Source: Tepidisphaera sp.
GTDB taxonomy: Bacteria > Planctomycetota > Phycisphaerae > Phycisphaerales > UBA1924
NCBI GenBank assembly: GCA_050916045.1
Contig: CP051526.1
Span: forward strand, 3,616,001 to 3,680,000
Length of the DNA stretch: 64,000 nt
Direction of reading: 5' to 3'
Shown here: piece by piece, positions 47,949 to 57,401 of the stretch
How the letters are laid out: each line of letters opens with the position of its first letter
Position numbering within the stretch: position 1 is the stretch's first letter
The notes under the pieces: model-generated
The model's input: only the letters and a program-made list of their open reading frames with translations
What the model was told of the DNA's origin: nothing
The model's database searches: none
Position numbers and translations under genes: made by a program

Positions 47949-49142
47949 ATGCCGATCCTGAATTACCAGACCGCGGGCGAATCCCACGGCGCCGCTCTGA
48001 TCGCCACGATCACAGGCCTGCCCGCGGGGCTATCGCTCGATCTGGACTTCATCAACGCCGAACTGCGTCGCCGCCAGGGCGGCTACGGCCGCGGCGGCCG
48101 CCAGCGCATCGAGCAGGACACCGCCACCGCCCTGACCGGCGTCCGCCGCGGAAAGACGATCGGCTCACCCCTCGTCCTCCACATCTCCAACAACGACTCG
48201 CGGATGGACGACCTCGTCAAGACCCCGCCCATCTACCGCCCGCGCCCCGGCCACGCCGACCTCGCCGGAAGCATCAAGTGGCTGACCACCGATTGCCGCG
48301 AAACCCTCGAACGCGCCTCCGCCCGCGAAACCGCAAGCCGCGTCGCCGCAGGCGCCGTCGCTCGCTGCCTTCTCCGCGCCTTCGGCATCGAAGCTTTCGG
48401 CTTTGTCCGCTCCATCCTCGACTCGCACACCACCGCCACCATCACCGAAGCCAACTGGCGCGACATGCTCGCCCTCCGCGACGCCAGCGACACCTACTGC
48501 CCTGATCCCGTCGCCACCCAGCGCCAGTGCGAGATCATCCGCCAAGCCAAGATCGACAAGGACACCGTCGGCGGCCTCGTCGAAGCCCACATCTTCGGCT
48601 GCCCCCCCGGCATCGGCTCCTCCATGGACTGGACCACCAAACTCGACGCACGGCTCGCCTACGCCGTCATGGGCATCCAAGCGTTCAAAGCCGTCGAGAT
48701 CGGCATCGGCAAAGACGCCGCTTCCCTCCCGGGCCACAAGGTCCACGACCCCATCCGCTACGACCCGTCCAAACGCGATACGCCGAACCTCGGCTTCGTC
48801 CGCGACACCAACAACGCCGGCGGCACCGAAGGCGGCATGACCAACGGCCAGCCCGTCGTCGTCCGGGGCACCATGAAGCCCATCGCCACGCTGCTTCGCG
48901 GCATGCCAAGCGTCGACCTCAACACCAAACAGCCGGAACACTCCGCCTACGAACGCTCCGACGTCTGTGCTGTCTCCGCCGCAAGCGTGGTGCTCGAGAA
49001 CGTCGCGGCCTTCGAAGTCGCCCGCTGCTTCACCGAGAAGTTCAGCGGCGACAGCCTGACGGAAATGAAAGCTTGCTACGACAAGTACCTTGAATACGCC
49101 CGCATGCTCCCGCTCGAGCCGCCGATCGCGACGATCGCGTGA
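47949..49142 (+). CDS. aroC: Chorismate synthase
   Basis: TAGESHG, RRQGGYGRG, RPGHADL, ERASARETA, NNAGGTEGG and ERSD motifs. Confidence 0.97.
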   Translation: MPILNYQTAGESHGAALIATITGLPAGLSLDLDFINAELRRRQGGYGRGGRQRIEQDTATALTGVRRGKTIGSPLVLHISNNDSRMDDLVKTPPIYRPRPGHADLAGSIKWLTTDCRETLERASARETASRVAAGAVARCLLRAFGIEAFGFVRSILDSHTTATITEANWRDMLALRDASDTYCPDPVATQRQCEIIRQAKIDKDTVGGLVEAHIFGCPPGIGSSMDWTTKLDARLAYAVMGIQAFKAVEIGIGKDAASLPGHKVHDPIRYDPSKRDTPNLGFVRDTNNAGGTEGGMTNGQPVVVRGTMKPIATLLRGMPSVDLNTKQPEHSAYERSDVCAVSAASVVLENVAAFEVARCFTEKFSGDSLTEMKACYDKYLEYARMLPLEPPIATIA

Positions 49143-49149
49143 CAGAGCT

Positions 49150-49962
49150 TCACTTCGGGAGCGAGTGCTTGAGAAGCCACGCCGCGACGCCGCCCGCGTC
49201 CTTCTCCTCGCGGTACGCTCTGTCCCACGAGTTGTGACCGACGCCCGGGTAATAGGTCGCACGCCGTTCGGCGGTGCCGCCAACGGCCTCGAACGCTGTC
49301 ATCATCGCTCGCTGATGGCTCGGCGGCACGACGTTGTCCGCTTCGCCGTGGAAAGCCCAGATCGGCGTGTTCTTGAGCTTCTCCGCCATCTCGCGAGCGG
49401 CCCGCTGCTCGGCTTGCTTGTCGTTCCAATCCCGCGCCACATACCCGCAGATCGGCACCACCGCCGCCCACGTGTCGGGGTGCATCGAACCAAGTGTCCA
49501 CGCGCCGTGCCCGCCCTGCGACAAGCCGGTGAGGTACGTCCGCGAGACATCCGTGCGATACTCCCGGCGGGTGGCGTCCAGCATCCCCATCACCACCGCG
49601 TCGTAGTCTTCCCATTGCTTGTTCGGGTCGGGCTTCTGCGGCAGGATGATGACAAACGGCCACGCCTGCGGGTCCCACATGACGGCCGCGCCCAGGCCTT
49701 GCATCGCCTGCTTGAACCCGTCCGTGCCGCACTCGCCGCGGCCGTGCAGGAACATGATCGTCGGCCAGTCGCGATCCGCGGCGTAGCCACGCGGAACGTA
49801 CACAAGGTACGGATAGGTGACGCCCTCGTGCGTGAACGTCTTGGAAAGCATGCCGGTGGGTGTCACCGCGTGAACCTCCGTGGTGCGCTGCGATGGCCCG
49901 GATTCGCACCCTCCGACCGAAAGCACGGCGAACAAACCGAGCGCCGCGATGGCTCGACTCAT
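49150..49962 (-). CDS. Alpha/beta-hydrolase (predicted peptidase/esterase) lipoprotein
   Basis: VGGC lipobox; FLHGRGE, GLSQGG, AFHGEAD and GHNSW motifs. Confidence 0.9.
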   Translation of the reverse strand: MSRAIAALGLFAVLSVGGCESGPSQRTTEVHAVTPTGMLSKTFTHEGVTYPYLVYVPRGYAADRDWPTIMFLHGRGECGTDGFKQAMQGLGAAVMWDPQAWPFVIILPQKPDPNKQWEDYDAVVMGMLDATRREYRTDVSRTYLTGLSQGGHGAWTLGSMHPDTWAAVVPICGYVARDWNDKQAEQRAAREMAEKLKNTPIWAFHGEADNVVPPSHQRAMMTAFEAVGGTAERRATYYPGVGHNSWDRAYREEKDAGGVAAWLLKHSLPK

Positions 49963-50000
49963 GACGGTCTCCTGATCCCCACGCGGCGGAATGGTACAAC

Positions 50001-50031
50001 AAAAAACCGCCGGGCATCGCTGCCCGGCGGT
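50001..50031 (-). terminator. Intrinsic terminator
   Basis: ACCGCCGGGCA/TGCCCGGCGGT stem with T-tract on the minus strand. Confidence 0.8.
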
Positions 50032-50092
50032 CTTGAAATCAACTGACTGCCTGAAGTTCCGATCTCTCGATCAGGAGTCTTCAGAACAGAAC

Positions 50093-51259
50093 TTAGCCGG
50101 GGCAGCCTTCGAAGGCGAAGACGAAGTCATCGTAGTCGAAGAAGTCGACGAAGCCGTCGCCGTTGAAGTCGGCGCCGAGCCCGCCGTCGCCGCAGCCGTT
50201 CTCGAAGCAGGCGACGTAGTCATCGTAGTCGAAGAAGTCGACGAACAGGTCGCCGTTGAAGTCGGCGGACGGGCAGGTGGCGAGGTCGCCGTAGATGGAG
50301 AACGACGCGCCGAGGATCGCGGGAGCGATCACGCCGGTGTAGTCGTAGGAGTACGCCTCAGCGCAGACCGTCGGGTCGTCGAAGCCGGGCGTCCAGATGA
50401 GGTCGAGCGGCGCATCGTCGTCGTACTGGATGGAGGTCGAGGTGCCGGCGCGGGTCGTGTCCGCGGGGACGCGATCCTCACCCGTGCCCCAGAGCATCGG
50501 CTGGATGCCGCTGGTCGAGGTGTCGTGGATGAAGACGGTGTCTTCCACGCCGTCGCCGTCCGTGTCCTGGAACGACTCGCAGATCAGGAACTCGAGGCCG
50601 CCTTCGAGGTCAGCCGCGGTCGTGATGAAGCCAGCGGGCAGGGCGGCAGCGCCGAAGATGCCGTAGCCAGCGCCACCGTTCGGAGCGACCGGACCGTAAT
50701 CGAGGACCACGCCGCTGACGAAGCCGTCGCTGGCGTCGCCGTTGCCCAGGAACACGCCGTCAAGGGAGATCGTGTCCCAGGAGGTGACGAAGATCAAGCA
50801 GCCGGCCGAGGTGACCGGGTTGAACCAGATGTTCATCGACAGGTCGGTGGCGTCGGTCGCCGCGACGGCGTCCTGATAGTCAGCCATGTAGCGGACGTTC
50901 ACGGCCGCGTTGCCGAAGAACCAGCGGTTGCCGGCGCCGGGGACGGCGTCATCGCAGGGGCCGTTGGAGTTCGTCGTGTTGTTCACGAAGCCAACGGGGG
51001 CGCCGCTGGGGTCACGGGGGCAGAGCTCGGACGAATCCCAGATCGCCTCGGGAGTAACGCCACGGGTCGTGCCGTCACCGAGGGTCACCCATTCACCGAC
51101 GCGACGCATCGAGCCGTCGGCCATCTTGATGACCTTGGCAGCGCGCTGCGCCATGTACTTCTGGCCGCTGAACGGAGCGGAGCTCAGCTCACCGGGGCCA
51201 GCCATCGCGGACGCGGCCATCGCCAGGCCCGCACAACCCATCAACACTGAACGCTTCAT
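50093..51259 (-). CDS. Acidic secreted protein with dockerin-like C-terminus (ends GCPG)
   Basis: Signal peptide; GAGGAG SD; strongly biased codons; dockerin tail. Confidence 0.88.
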   Translation of the reverse strand: MKRSVLMGCAGLAMAASAMAGPGELSSAPFSGQKYMAQRAAKVIKMADGSMRRVGEWVTLGDGTTRGVTPEAIWDSSELCPRDPSGAPVGFVNNTTNSNGPCDDAVPGAGNRWFFGNAAVNVRYMADYQDAVAATDATDLSMNIWFNPVTSAGCLIFVTSWDTISLDGVFLGNGDASDGFVSGVVLDYGPVAPNGGAGYGIFGAAALPAGFITTAADLEGGLEFLICESFQDTDGDGVEDTVFIHDTSTSGIQPMLWGTGEDRVPADTTRAGTSTSIQYDDDAPLDLIWTPGFDDPTVCAEAYSYDYTGVIAPAILGASFSIYGDLATCPSADFNGDLFVDFFDYDDYVACFENGCGDGGLGADFNGDGFVDFFDYDDFVFAFEGCPG

Positions 51260-51506
51260 AGAAACTCCTCTTCAAATTCCCACGACACGCAATCTGCCGG
51301 TCACCGGTTCAACAACACGACCGGTACGCACTCCCGGCACCTCAATGGACAGCATACACGAAATTGACGCTGCAACCACCCAAATCTTGCACTTTCTTGT
51401 CCTTCCCGCAACTTTTTTGGCCTATGCACCACCGAAGTCAACCCCTGCCCACGTCCTATAATGTCCGTCCTCGCCCCCACTCTGCACCCTTTCCAAATCC
51501 GATCAC

Positions 51507-52478
51507 CTACCCGCCCACCGCGCCGCCATTGCCGTCATCCCCGCCCCCGGCGGTGCCCGACCCGCCGGATCCGCTCCCGGACCCCCCGCCGCCACCGCCG
51601 TCGCCAGCCCCTCCGCCCGAACCGCCGCCCCCATCCGTGTTCGAGCAACCCCACTCAAACACCTCGACGAACGCGTCGTAGTCGAAGTAGTCCACAAACC
51701 CGTCTTCGTTCACATCCGCCGTCTTGCCGGGCGGGCACGCGAAGCCTTCGAAGCACTCGACGAACGCGTCGTAGTCGCTGAAATCCACGAACCCGTCGTC
51801 GTTGAAGTCCGCGACGCACTCGAACACCGGGCCGAACTCCGCCCACGCCATCTGCACCCGGCTCGAGCCGCACGCGGTTCCGTCTCCGAAGATCACGCGG
51901 TTCCGAGCGCCCGTCACGCCGGCCGGCCCGAGCGGATAGTGCGCGAGAAACCGGCCGTCCGCGTAAAGGTCAATGCCCGTCGACCGAATCTGCATGTTGA
52001 GCTCGCGCCACTGCCCTCTCATCGGGATCGTGACGATCGGCTTGACGCTGCTCGGAACATCGCTGCCCGACGTCAGAACGAACAGCTTGTCGTCAGACAT
52101 CCCGACGTACGCGATGCGCCCGAGCCGATCGACCGCGCCCAGGTAGTACCCAAAGCGAGCAGCGCCCGCGCACTCCGCCAGCCGGTACGTCGAAGAGAGC
52201 ACATTCACCGAAGCCCGGATCAGCACCCCGCGATCAAAGTCGATCTCCGTGTGGTTCGCGTGGAAGTACTGCTGCCCCTCAAACGACGTCGGACCCTGCT
52301 CGAGCACACCGCTCCGCATCAGGGGCGCGGCGGAGGACTGGTCATTCATGAGCTGGAAGCCCTGTCCCGTCGGCAGCGTCCCCTCCGACGCGTCGTACGC
52401 AAGCCAGGGTGTCTGGGCGAGGGAGAGTCCGGCGCACGAAGCCGCCGCGCACACGGAAAGTACGTGCTGAAGGGCCAT
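51507..52478 (-). CDS. Secreted beta-sandwich protein with dockerin-like domain and Gly-rich tail
   Basis: Signal peptide; CVADFNDDGFVDFSDYD...FEWGC followed by about 45 aa of Gly/Ser. Confidence 0.85.
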   Translation of the reverse strand: MALQHVLSVCAAASCAGLSLAQTPWLAYDASEGTLPTGQGFQLMNDQSSAAPLMRSGVLEQGPTSFEGQQYFHANHTEIDFDRGVLIRASVNVLSSTYRLAECAGAARFGYYLGAVDRLGRIAYVGMSDDKLFVLTSGSDVPSSVKPIVTIPMRGQWRELNMQIRSTGIDLYADGRFLAHYPLGPAGVTGARNRVIFGDGTACGSSRVQMAWAEFGPVFECVADFNDDGFVDFSDYDAFVECFEGFACPPGKTADVNEDGFVDYFDYDAFVEVFEWGCSNTDGGGGSGGGAGDGGGGGGSGSGSGGSGTAGGGDDGNGGAVGG

Positions 52479-52634
52479 GTCTTTGATTCTCCGTCACGAC
52501 CGTCCCTCGCCGCTCACCGAGCCGCTCGGGACGAATCGCCACTGAGAATCTACCCCACGCCGGGCGGGATGCCACTTTCTGCGAGGAAACCGCGACTTTC
52601 CCGCCCGTTTATGCGGCCTGTGCCGCCCGCGACC

Positions 52635-54806
52635 TCAGCACCCGGCGGTGAACGCTTCCACGAACGCGTCGTAGTCGAAGAAGTCCGTGAACCCGTCGTC
52701 GTTGAAGTCCGAGGACGCGCCCGGGTCGCACTGACCGGTAAAGCACGCCACGAAAGCGTCATAGTCGAAGAAGTCCACGAACGCGTCACCGTTGAAGTCC
52801 GCCGGGCAGCTCTCGCCCCACTTGATGATCACACGCCCCGTCGACGTGCCCGAGGGCGTCGTCACCCGATACCCGATCGAGTCGGTGCCCGAAGCTCCCG
52901 CGTTCGGCCTAAGGATCCGGTACGACCCCGTCCCGCCGATGACCGTCGCCTTGGTCGGAAGCCCCGTGATCGTGTACGTCGCTTGCGAGGTCTCATCCGT
53001 CACGCCGGCGGGAAGCTCAACGACGAGCGTCCGGCCCGGGTACCCCTGCTTGGTGTACGAGAACGCGGTGGGCGCGACGCTTCCTGAACCGGCGTTGGTC
53101 GAAACCGTGAGCGTCAGCGGCGGGCTGAGCGCCTCTCGCCCGTCGACGAAGATCGCTTTCGCGTGCACGGTCGTCGTGCCCGAGCCGAGCGAGCGGCCGG
53201 GCAGCACAATCGTGTCACCGCTGCCGCCCGCCGCGAGCACGCGGCCGTTCTGAACGATCTGAATCTCACGAGCCAGCAGCCCGCTCGCTTCGATCCGAAT
53301 CGGGAACCCGTCGTTCAGATTCCCGGAAACCCGCGCGGAGGAGATCGCCGCCGACCGGCCGCGATTGTCCACCACCAACGATCCGCGCCAGCGGCCCACC
53401 GTGCGGTTCGGCGTCGAGTCATGCCCCAGCACGCGCACGTCGTGCCAGCCGTCGTTGAGGTGCGTCGTGTCGATGCTGAATCGCCCGCCGGGCGCCACCG
53501 ACCCGTGAAGCACGCCGTCGATCAGAAGGTCAAAGCTCGCAACCGTCGCCCGCGGCTGAGCCGTCGTCCCCGAAGGCTCGAGCTCGATCAACCCGGACGC
53601 CGGCCCCGACGGCAGCCCGCCCACCGACACCTCCGGGATCCACGCGTGCGGGCGTGCGAGCGCATCGCCGACAAGCAGGTTCTGGAAGGGCACAAACTGC
53701 ATCGACCGCAGGTACGCTTCGCCCAAGCTCGCTCCCTGCAGGTACCAGACGTGGAGCCTCGCATGCGGGAACTTCCCGGGATAGTTGCACGGCTCCTCCA
53801 CGGCGCCGCATGTTCCCGAAGCCCCCTCGGTGATCCACTCGCTGCACTTGGTCTGATCGGCGTTGTCGAACATCGCCGCAAAGCTCGTGAGGTGGTCGCA
53901 GAACGCGCCCGGCACCAGCGTCATCGTCGATCCCGCGATCGTCGCGTACGAAAACCCGGTCATCACGCCCGAAATGTCCTGTGCCGAAACGGGCAGGTTG
54001 CCCACGATGATCTCGCACGGCCGCGCCAGACTGTTCGTGATCGTCTGCCGCACCGCCGCGAACTGCGTGTTGCGCACGTTCCGCAAGCTGTCCGCGGTAT
54101 TGCTCATCAGGTACGTCGTGCCCGACGGCCGCGTCCCCTCCACCGCCGTCCCGCGGTCGATCATCGCGATGATCTGCTCGGGCGTGTTGCCCCGCTCGCC
54201 CGTATACCCGATCAGGCCGCCGATGTAGTACCGCCGAGCGGTCGGCTGGGTGCTCGCGCCGCCGGAAAGCCAGGTCGTGTTGCTGTCGAACGCCACCGCC
54301 GAGTTCGCCGTCGAGTAGTACCGGTTCGGGAGCGCCTGATTCGCGCCGCCGTTCACAAAGTCGTCGAGGATGAACGCCGTGGTGTACGCCGACGAGATCG
54401 AGAACCGGGTGACCGGCGCGCACGTGTCGGAAATCATCCCCGGCGCGTTGACGTAGAACGTCGTCGACGGCGCGATCAGGATGTAGTCCGAATGGTCCGC
54501 GATGCCGGCCGACTCGATATACCCCGAAAGCGCCGGAAGATTGACCGTGCGGAACGCCGCGTGATCCGCGGCTCCGGGCGACATGTAGACCACGTTCCGG
54601 TCGGGGATCTGCCGCGCATTCTTGTAGTAGTGCCCCAGCCGCACCGCGACCGGGTCGTTCGGATCAATCAGCAGGATCGCGTTCTCGCCCGCGCCCCCCG
54701 CCAAGGCCGTCGCACCCCCGGCGGCCAAAGCCAACGCCACCGCCGCACGGCCAAAGCCATGGGCCACAACACGATCAGCGCACCGACGCGGACAACGAAT
54801 CGTCAT
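52635..54806 (-). CDS. TIGR03790-like protein with Ig-like and dockerin-like domains
   Basis: GAFCDHLTSF, EWITEGASGTCGAVEEP, GASLGEAY and VGDALARP motifs; dockerin-GC tail. Confidence 0.8.
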   Translation of the reverse strand: MTIRCPRRCADRVVAHGFGRAAVALALAAGGATALAGGAGENAILLIDPNDPVAVRLGHYYKNARQIPDRNVVYMSPGAADHAAFRTVNLPALSGYIESAGIADHSDYILIAPSTTFYVNAPGMISDTCAPVTRFSISSAYTTAFILDDFVNGGANQALPNRYYSTANSAVAFDSNTTWLSGGASTQPTARRYYIGGLIGYTGERGNTPEQIIAMIDRGTAVEGTRPSGTTYLMSNTADSLRNVRNTQFAAVRQTITNSLARPCEIIVGNLPVSAQDISGVMTGFSYATIAGSTMTLVPGAFCDHLTSFAAMFDNADQTKCSEWITEGASGTCGAVEEPCNYPGKFPHARLHVWYLQGASLGEAYLRSMQFVPFQNLLVGDALARPHAWIPEVSVGGLPSGPASGLIELEPSGTTAQPRATVASFDLLIDGVLHGSVAPGGRFSIDTTHLNDGWHDVRVLGHDSTPNRTVGRWRGSLVVDNRGRSAAISSARVSGNLNDGFPIRIEASGLLAREIQIVQNGRVLAAGGSGDTIVLPGRSLGSGTTTVHAKAIFVDGREALSPPLTLTVSTNAGSGSVAPTAFSYTKQGYPGRTLVVELPAGVTDETSQATYTITGLPTKATVIGGTGSYRILRPNAGASGTDSIGYRVTTPSGTSTGRVIIKWGESCPADFNGDAFVDFFDYDAFVACFTGQCDPGASSDFNDDGFTDFFDYDAFVEAFTAGC

Positions 54807-55017
54807 TTGTTAGGATCTCGCCTTAATGGAAGCCGCTGGCGCCGCGGTCTTCCGGACTCTCTCTAATAGGATGCGGGAAACCGACTCGAAATGCAATCCC
54901 AAACGTTCACCGACTGTACGGAGCGCGTCGCTTCGAGTTCCGCCCGAGCGCTCTACACTGGATCGAACATCAACCATCGGCCGTTTGGAGCGTCAAACGA
55001 GCCTGGAAAGGACCCAC

Positions 55018-55551
55018 ATGAGCTCAATCCGCACGTCGCCCGTTCTCGTGTCCATGGTTCTCGGCCTCGGTGCCGCTTCCATGCTCGCCTTCCAGCCCGG
55101 CTCGACACCCCCGGCCACCCCCACTCCCGAAACCAAGCCGGCGCAGCCTGCTGAGACCAAACCCGCCACCAAACCGGAGATCAAGAACGTGAAGACCCCC
55201 GACGGCAAGGAGTACCAGGTCCAGAAGACCTCCGAGGTCAAGCTCCTCATCGAAGACCTCGTGATCGGCGAGGGCGCCGAAGCCCGCGCTTCGTCGACCA
55301 TCACCCTCAACTACCACGGCACCCTCGCCAAGAACGGCACCAAGTTCGACGGCAACTGGGGCGAAGCCCCCATCACCTTCCCCCTCGACAACCTCATCGA
55401 CGGCTGGAAGATCGGCATCCCCGGCATGAAGGTCGGCGGCATCCGCCAGCTCACCATCCCGTGGCAGCTCGCTTATGGCGAACGCGCATCGGGCCCCATC
55501 CCCGCCAAAGCCGACCTGGTCTTCCTCATCGAGCTCAAGGGCGTCAAGTAA
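55018..55551 (+). CDS. FKBP-type peptidyl-prolyl cis-trans isomerase
   Basis: YHGTL...FD, LIDGW..GIPGMKVGGIRQLTIP..LAYG and IPAKADLVFLIEL motifs. Confidence 0.95.
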   Translation: MSSIRTSPVLVSMVLGLGAASMLAFQPGSTPPATPTPETKPAQPAETKPATKPEIKNVKTPDGKEYQVQKTSEVKLLIEDLVIGEGAEARASSTITLNYHGTLAKNGTKFDGNWGEAPITFPLDNLIDGWKIGIPGMKVGGIRQLTIPWQLAYGERASGPIPAKADLVFLIELKGVK

Positions 55552-55576
55552 CCCTCGACTCGCATCATGCTCGACC

Positions 55577-55614
55577 GCAGGGCCCGGGTTCGCTCGGGCC
55601 CTGCTTCTTTTTTT
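55577..55614 (+). terminator. Intrinsic terminator
   Basis: GCAGGGCCCG/CGGGCCCTGC followed by TTCTTTTTTT. Confidence 0.85.
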
Positions 55615-55628
55615 GGCGAAATCGACGA

Positions 55629-57368
55629 TCACACCCTGAACAGCGCGCCCATCTTCTTGCCAAGCAGCGTCGACGAAGCGAAAAGCGTCACCGTCAGCAG
55701 CGCCATCCCCCACACGCCCATCGCGCTCGCGATCGACGGCCCATCACCCAGCCGCTCCGTGAACGCGAAGATCGCCCGCGTGAACGGGAAATCCTTCGGC
55801 TGCTGCGCCAGGATCAGCGAATCGCTCACCTCGAGCATCGAGAAGCTGAACACGAGCAGAGACCCCGCGATCAGGTTCGCCAGAATCAGAGGAACGATGA
55901 TCCGCCGGATCGCCGTCAGCCGCGACGCTCCAAGATTGATCGCCGCTTCCTCAAGCTCGCCCGAGGTCTGCTGCAACCCCGCCACCGTCGACCGCACGAT
56001 GTACGGCAACCGCCGGATCGCGTACGCGATGATCAGAAGCGGCACCGGGTTGGGCATCGTCCCCACCACCGACACCCACCCCTCCAGCGGATCGCCCTTC
56101 CCGAAAGGCCACCGCAGCGACAGCGCCACGTACCCGAACGCCATCACCAGCCCCGGCACCGCCAGCGGAAGCATGCACAGCGCATCAAGGACCCCCCGGC
56201 CGCGAACGTTCGTCCGCACCAGCAGATACCCGATCGTCACTCCAAGCACCAGATTGATGAGCGTCGCCGCCGACGCCAGCTTGAGGCTGTTCACGATCGA
56301 CCCGAACGACTCCGAAGCCGACAACGCCTGCTGGAAGTGCGATCCCGTGTACGCCGCAGGAAGCACGGACTTGTACCACTGACCCACCTCCGACACCGAC
56401 GTCAGCGTCACCCCGAGGTGCGGAAGCACCGCAAGCCCCGCCACCGCTGCGAACGCCGCCGTCGCGAGCCACCTTGAGACGGGACCAAGCTCACGCTCGC
56501 CGCCCGCCCGAGACGCCCGGAGCGTCGTCGCCGTCCCCGAAGAACCAAGCGTCAGCCTCCCCACCACATAGATCAGAACCGCCGAAACCAGAAGGACGAA
56601 CGTGAGCGCGTACGGCTCGGCCGAGTTCTCGACCTCCTTGAGCCCCCAGAAGATCTGCACCGGCGTCACCGTGTAGTAGTCGAACATCAACGGCGTGCCG
56701 AGCTCGGTGAAGCTCCAAATGAAGACGATCGTCCCCCCCGCGAACAGGCCCGGACGAATCAGCGGGAGCGTGATCCGGACGAAGCGACGCCACCAGCCCG
56801 CGCCCAAGCTCTGAGCCGCTTCATCCATCGCCGGGTCCAGGTTCGCCAAGGCCGCCGTCGCATTCAGATAGATGATCGGGTACAGCGAGAGCGACTGCAG
56901 CGCGACCACACCCCAGAACTTGGCATCCCCGAGGATGTCGAACTCGGTGCCGAGGAGTGCGTTGAGCGCCCCCTCGCGACCAAGGATCGCCCGTACCCCG
57001 ATCGCGCCGACGAACGGAGGCAGGATCATCGGCACCAGCACCACCGCGTTGAAGAACGCTTTGCCCGGAAACCGGAAGCCAGCCGTCAGCACGGCCAGAG
57101 GCAGCGCGATCAGCGTCGCCCCCGTCGTCGTGCACGCCGCGATCTTCAGCGAGTTGAAAAGCCCCGCCAGAAGCGTCGGGTCTCGGAAAATCGCGGCCAC
57201 GTGCCGCACCGTCCAGCCATGCCCGGTCGAGACCTGCTCCGCGAACCCGCCCCGCACCGTCAAGTAGATCGGATAAAGCAGGAAGACGGCGAACATCGCG
57301 AACATCAGGCTCAGAAGCCCGTACTGCCACGACTGGCGGGAGAGACGCGACATCAGCCGACCGTTCAT
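55629..57368 (-). CDS. Iron(III)-type ABC transporter permease (FbpB-like)
   Basis: Two EAA loops (DEAAQSLGA, EEAAINLGA); PPFVGA; about 12 TM. Confidence 0.92.
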   Translation of the reverse strand: MNGRLMSRLSRQSWQYGLLSLMFAMFAVFLLYPIYLTVRGGFAEQVSTGHGWTVRHVAAIFRDPTLLAGLFNSLKIAACTTTGATLIALPLAVLTAGFRFPGKAFFNAVVLVPMILPPFVGAIGVRAILGREGALNALLGTEFDILGDAKFWGVVALQSLSLYPIIYLNATAALANLDPAMDEAAQSLGAGWWRRFVRITLPLIRPGLFAGGTIVFIWSFTELGTPLMFDYYTVTPVQIFWGLKEVENSAEPYALTFVLLVSAVLIYVVGRLTLGSSGTATTLRASRAGGERELGPVSRWLATAAFAAVAGLAVLPHLGVTLTSVSEVGQWYKSVLPAAYTGSHFQQALSASESFGSIVNSLKLASAATLINLVLGVTIGYLLVRTNVRGRGVLDALCMLPLAVPGLVMAFGYVALSLRWPFGKGDPLEGWVSVVGTMPNPVPLLIIAYAIRRLPYIVRSTVAGLQQTSGELEEAAINLGASRLTAIRRIIVPLILANLIAGSLLVFSFSMLEVSDSLILAQQPKDFPFTRAIFAFTERLGDGPSIASAMGVWGMALLTVTLFASSTLLGKKMGALFRV

Positions 57369-57401
57369 GGGCCAACTGTATCGCTCACGCCCGGCGGGCC
57401 C

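Noticed and set aside
2155..52810. Diversity-generating retroelement (dockerin copies as TR/VR)
   Set aside because: No reverse transcriptase is present, all copies are in-frame gene ends, and the differences are not adenine-specific.
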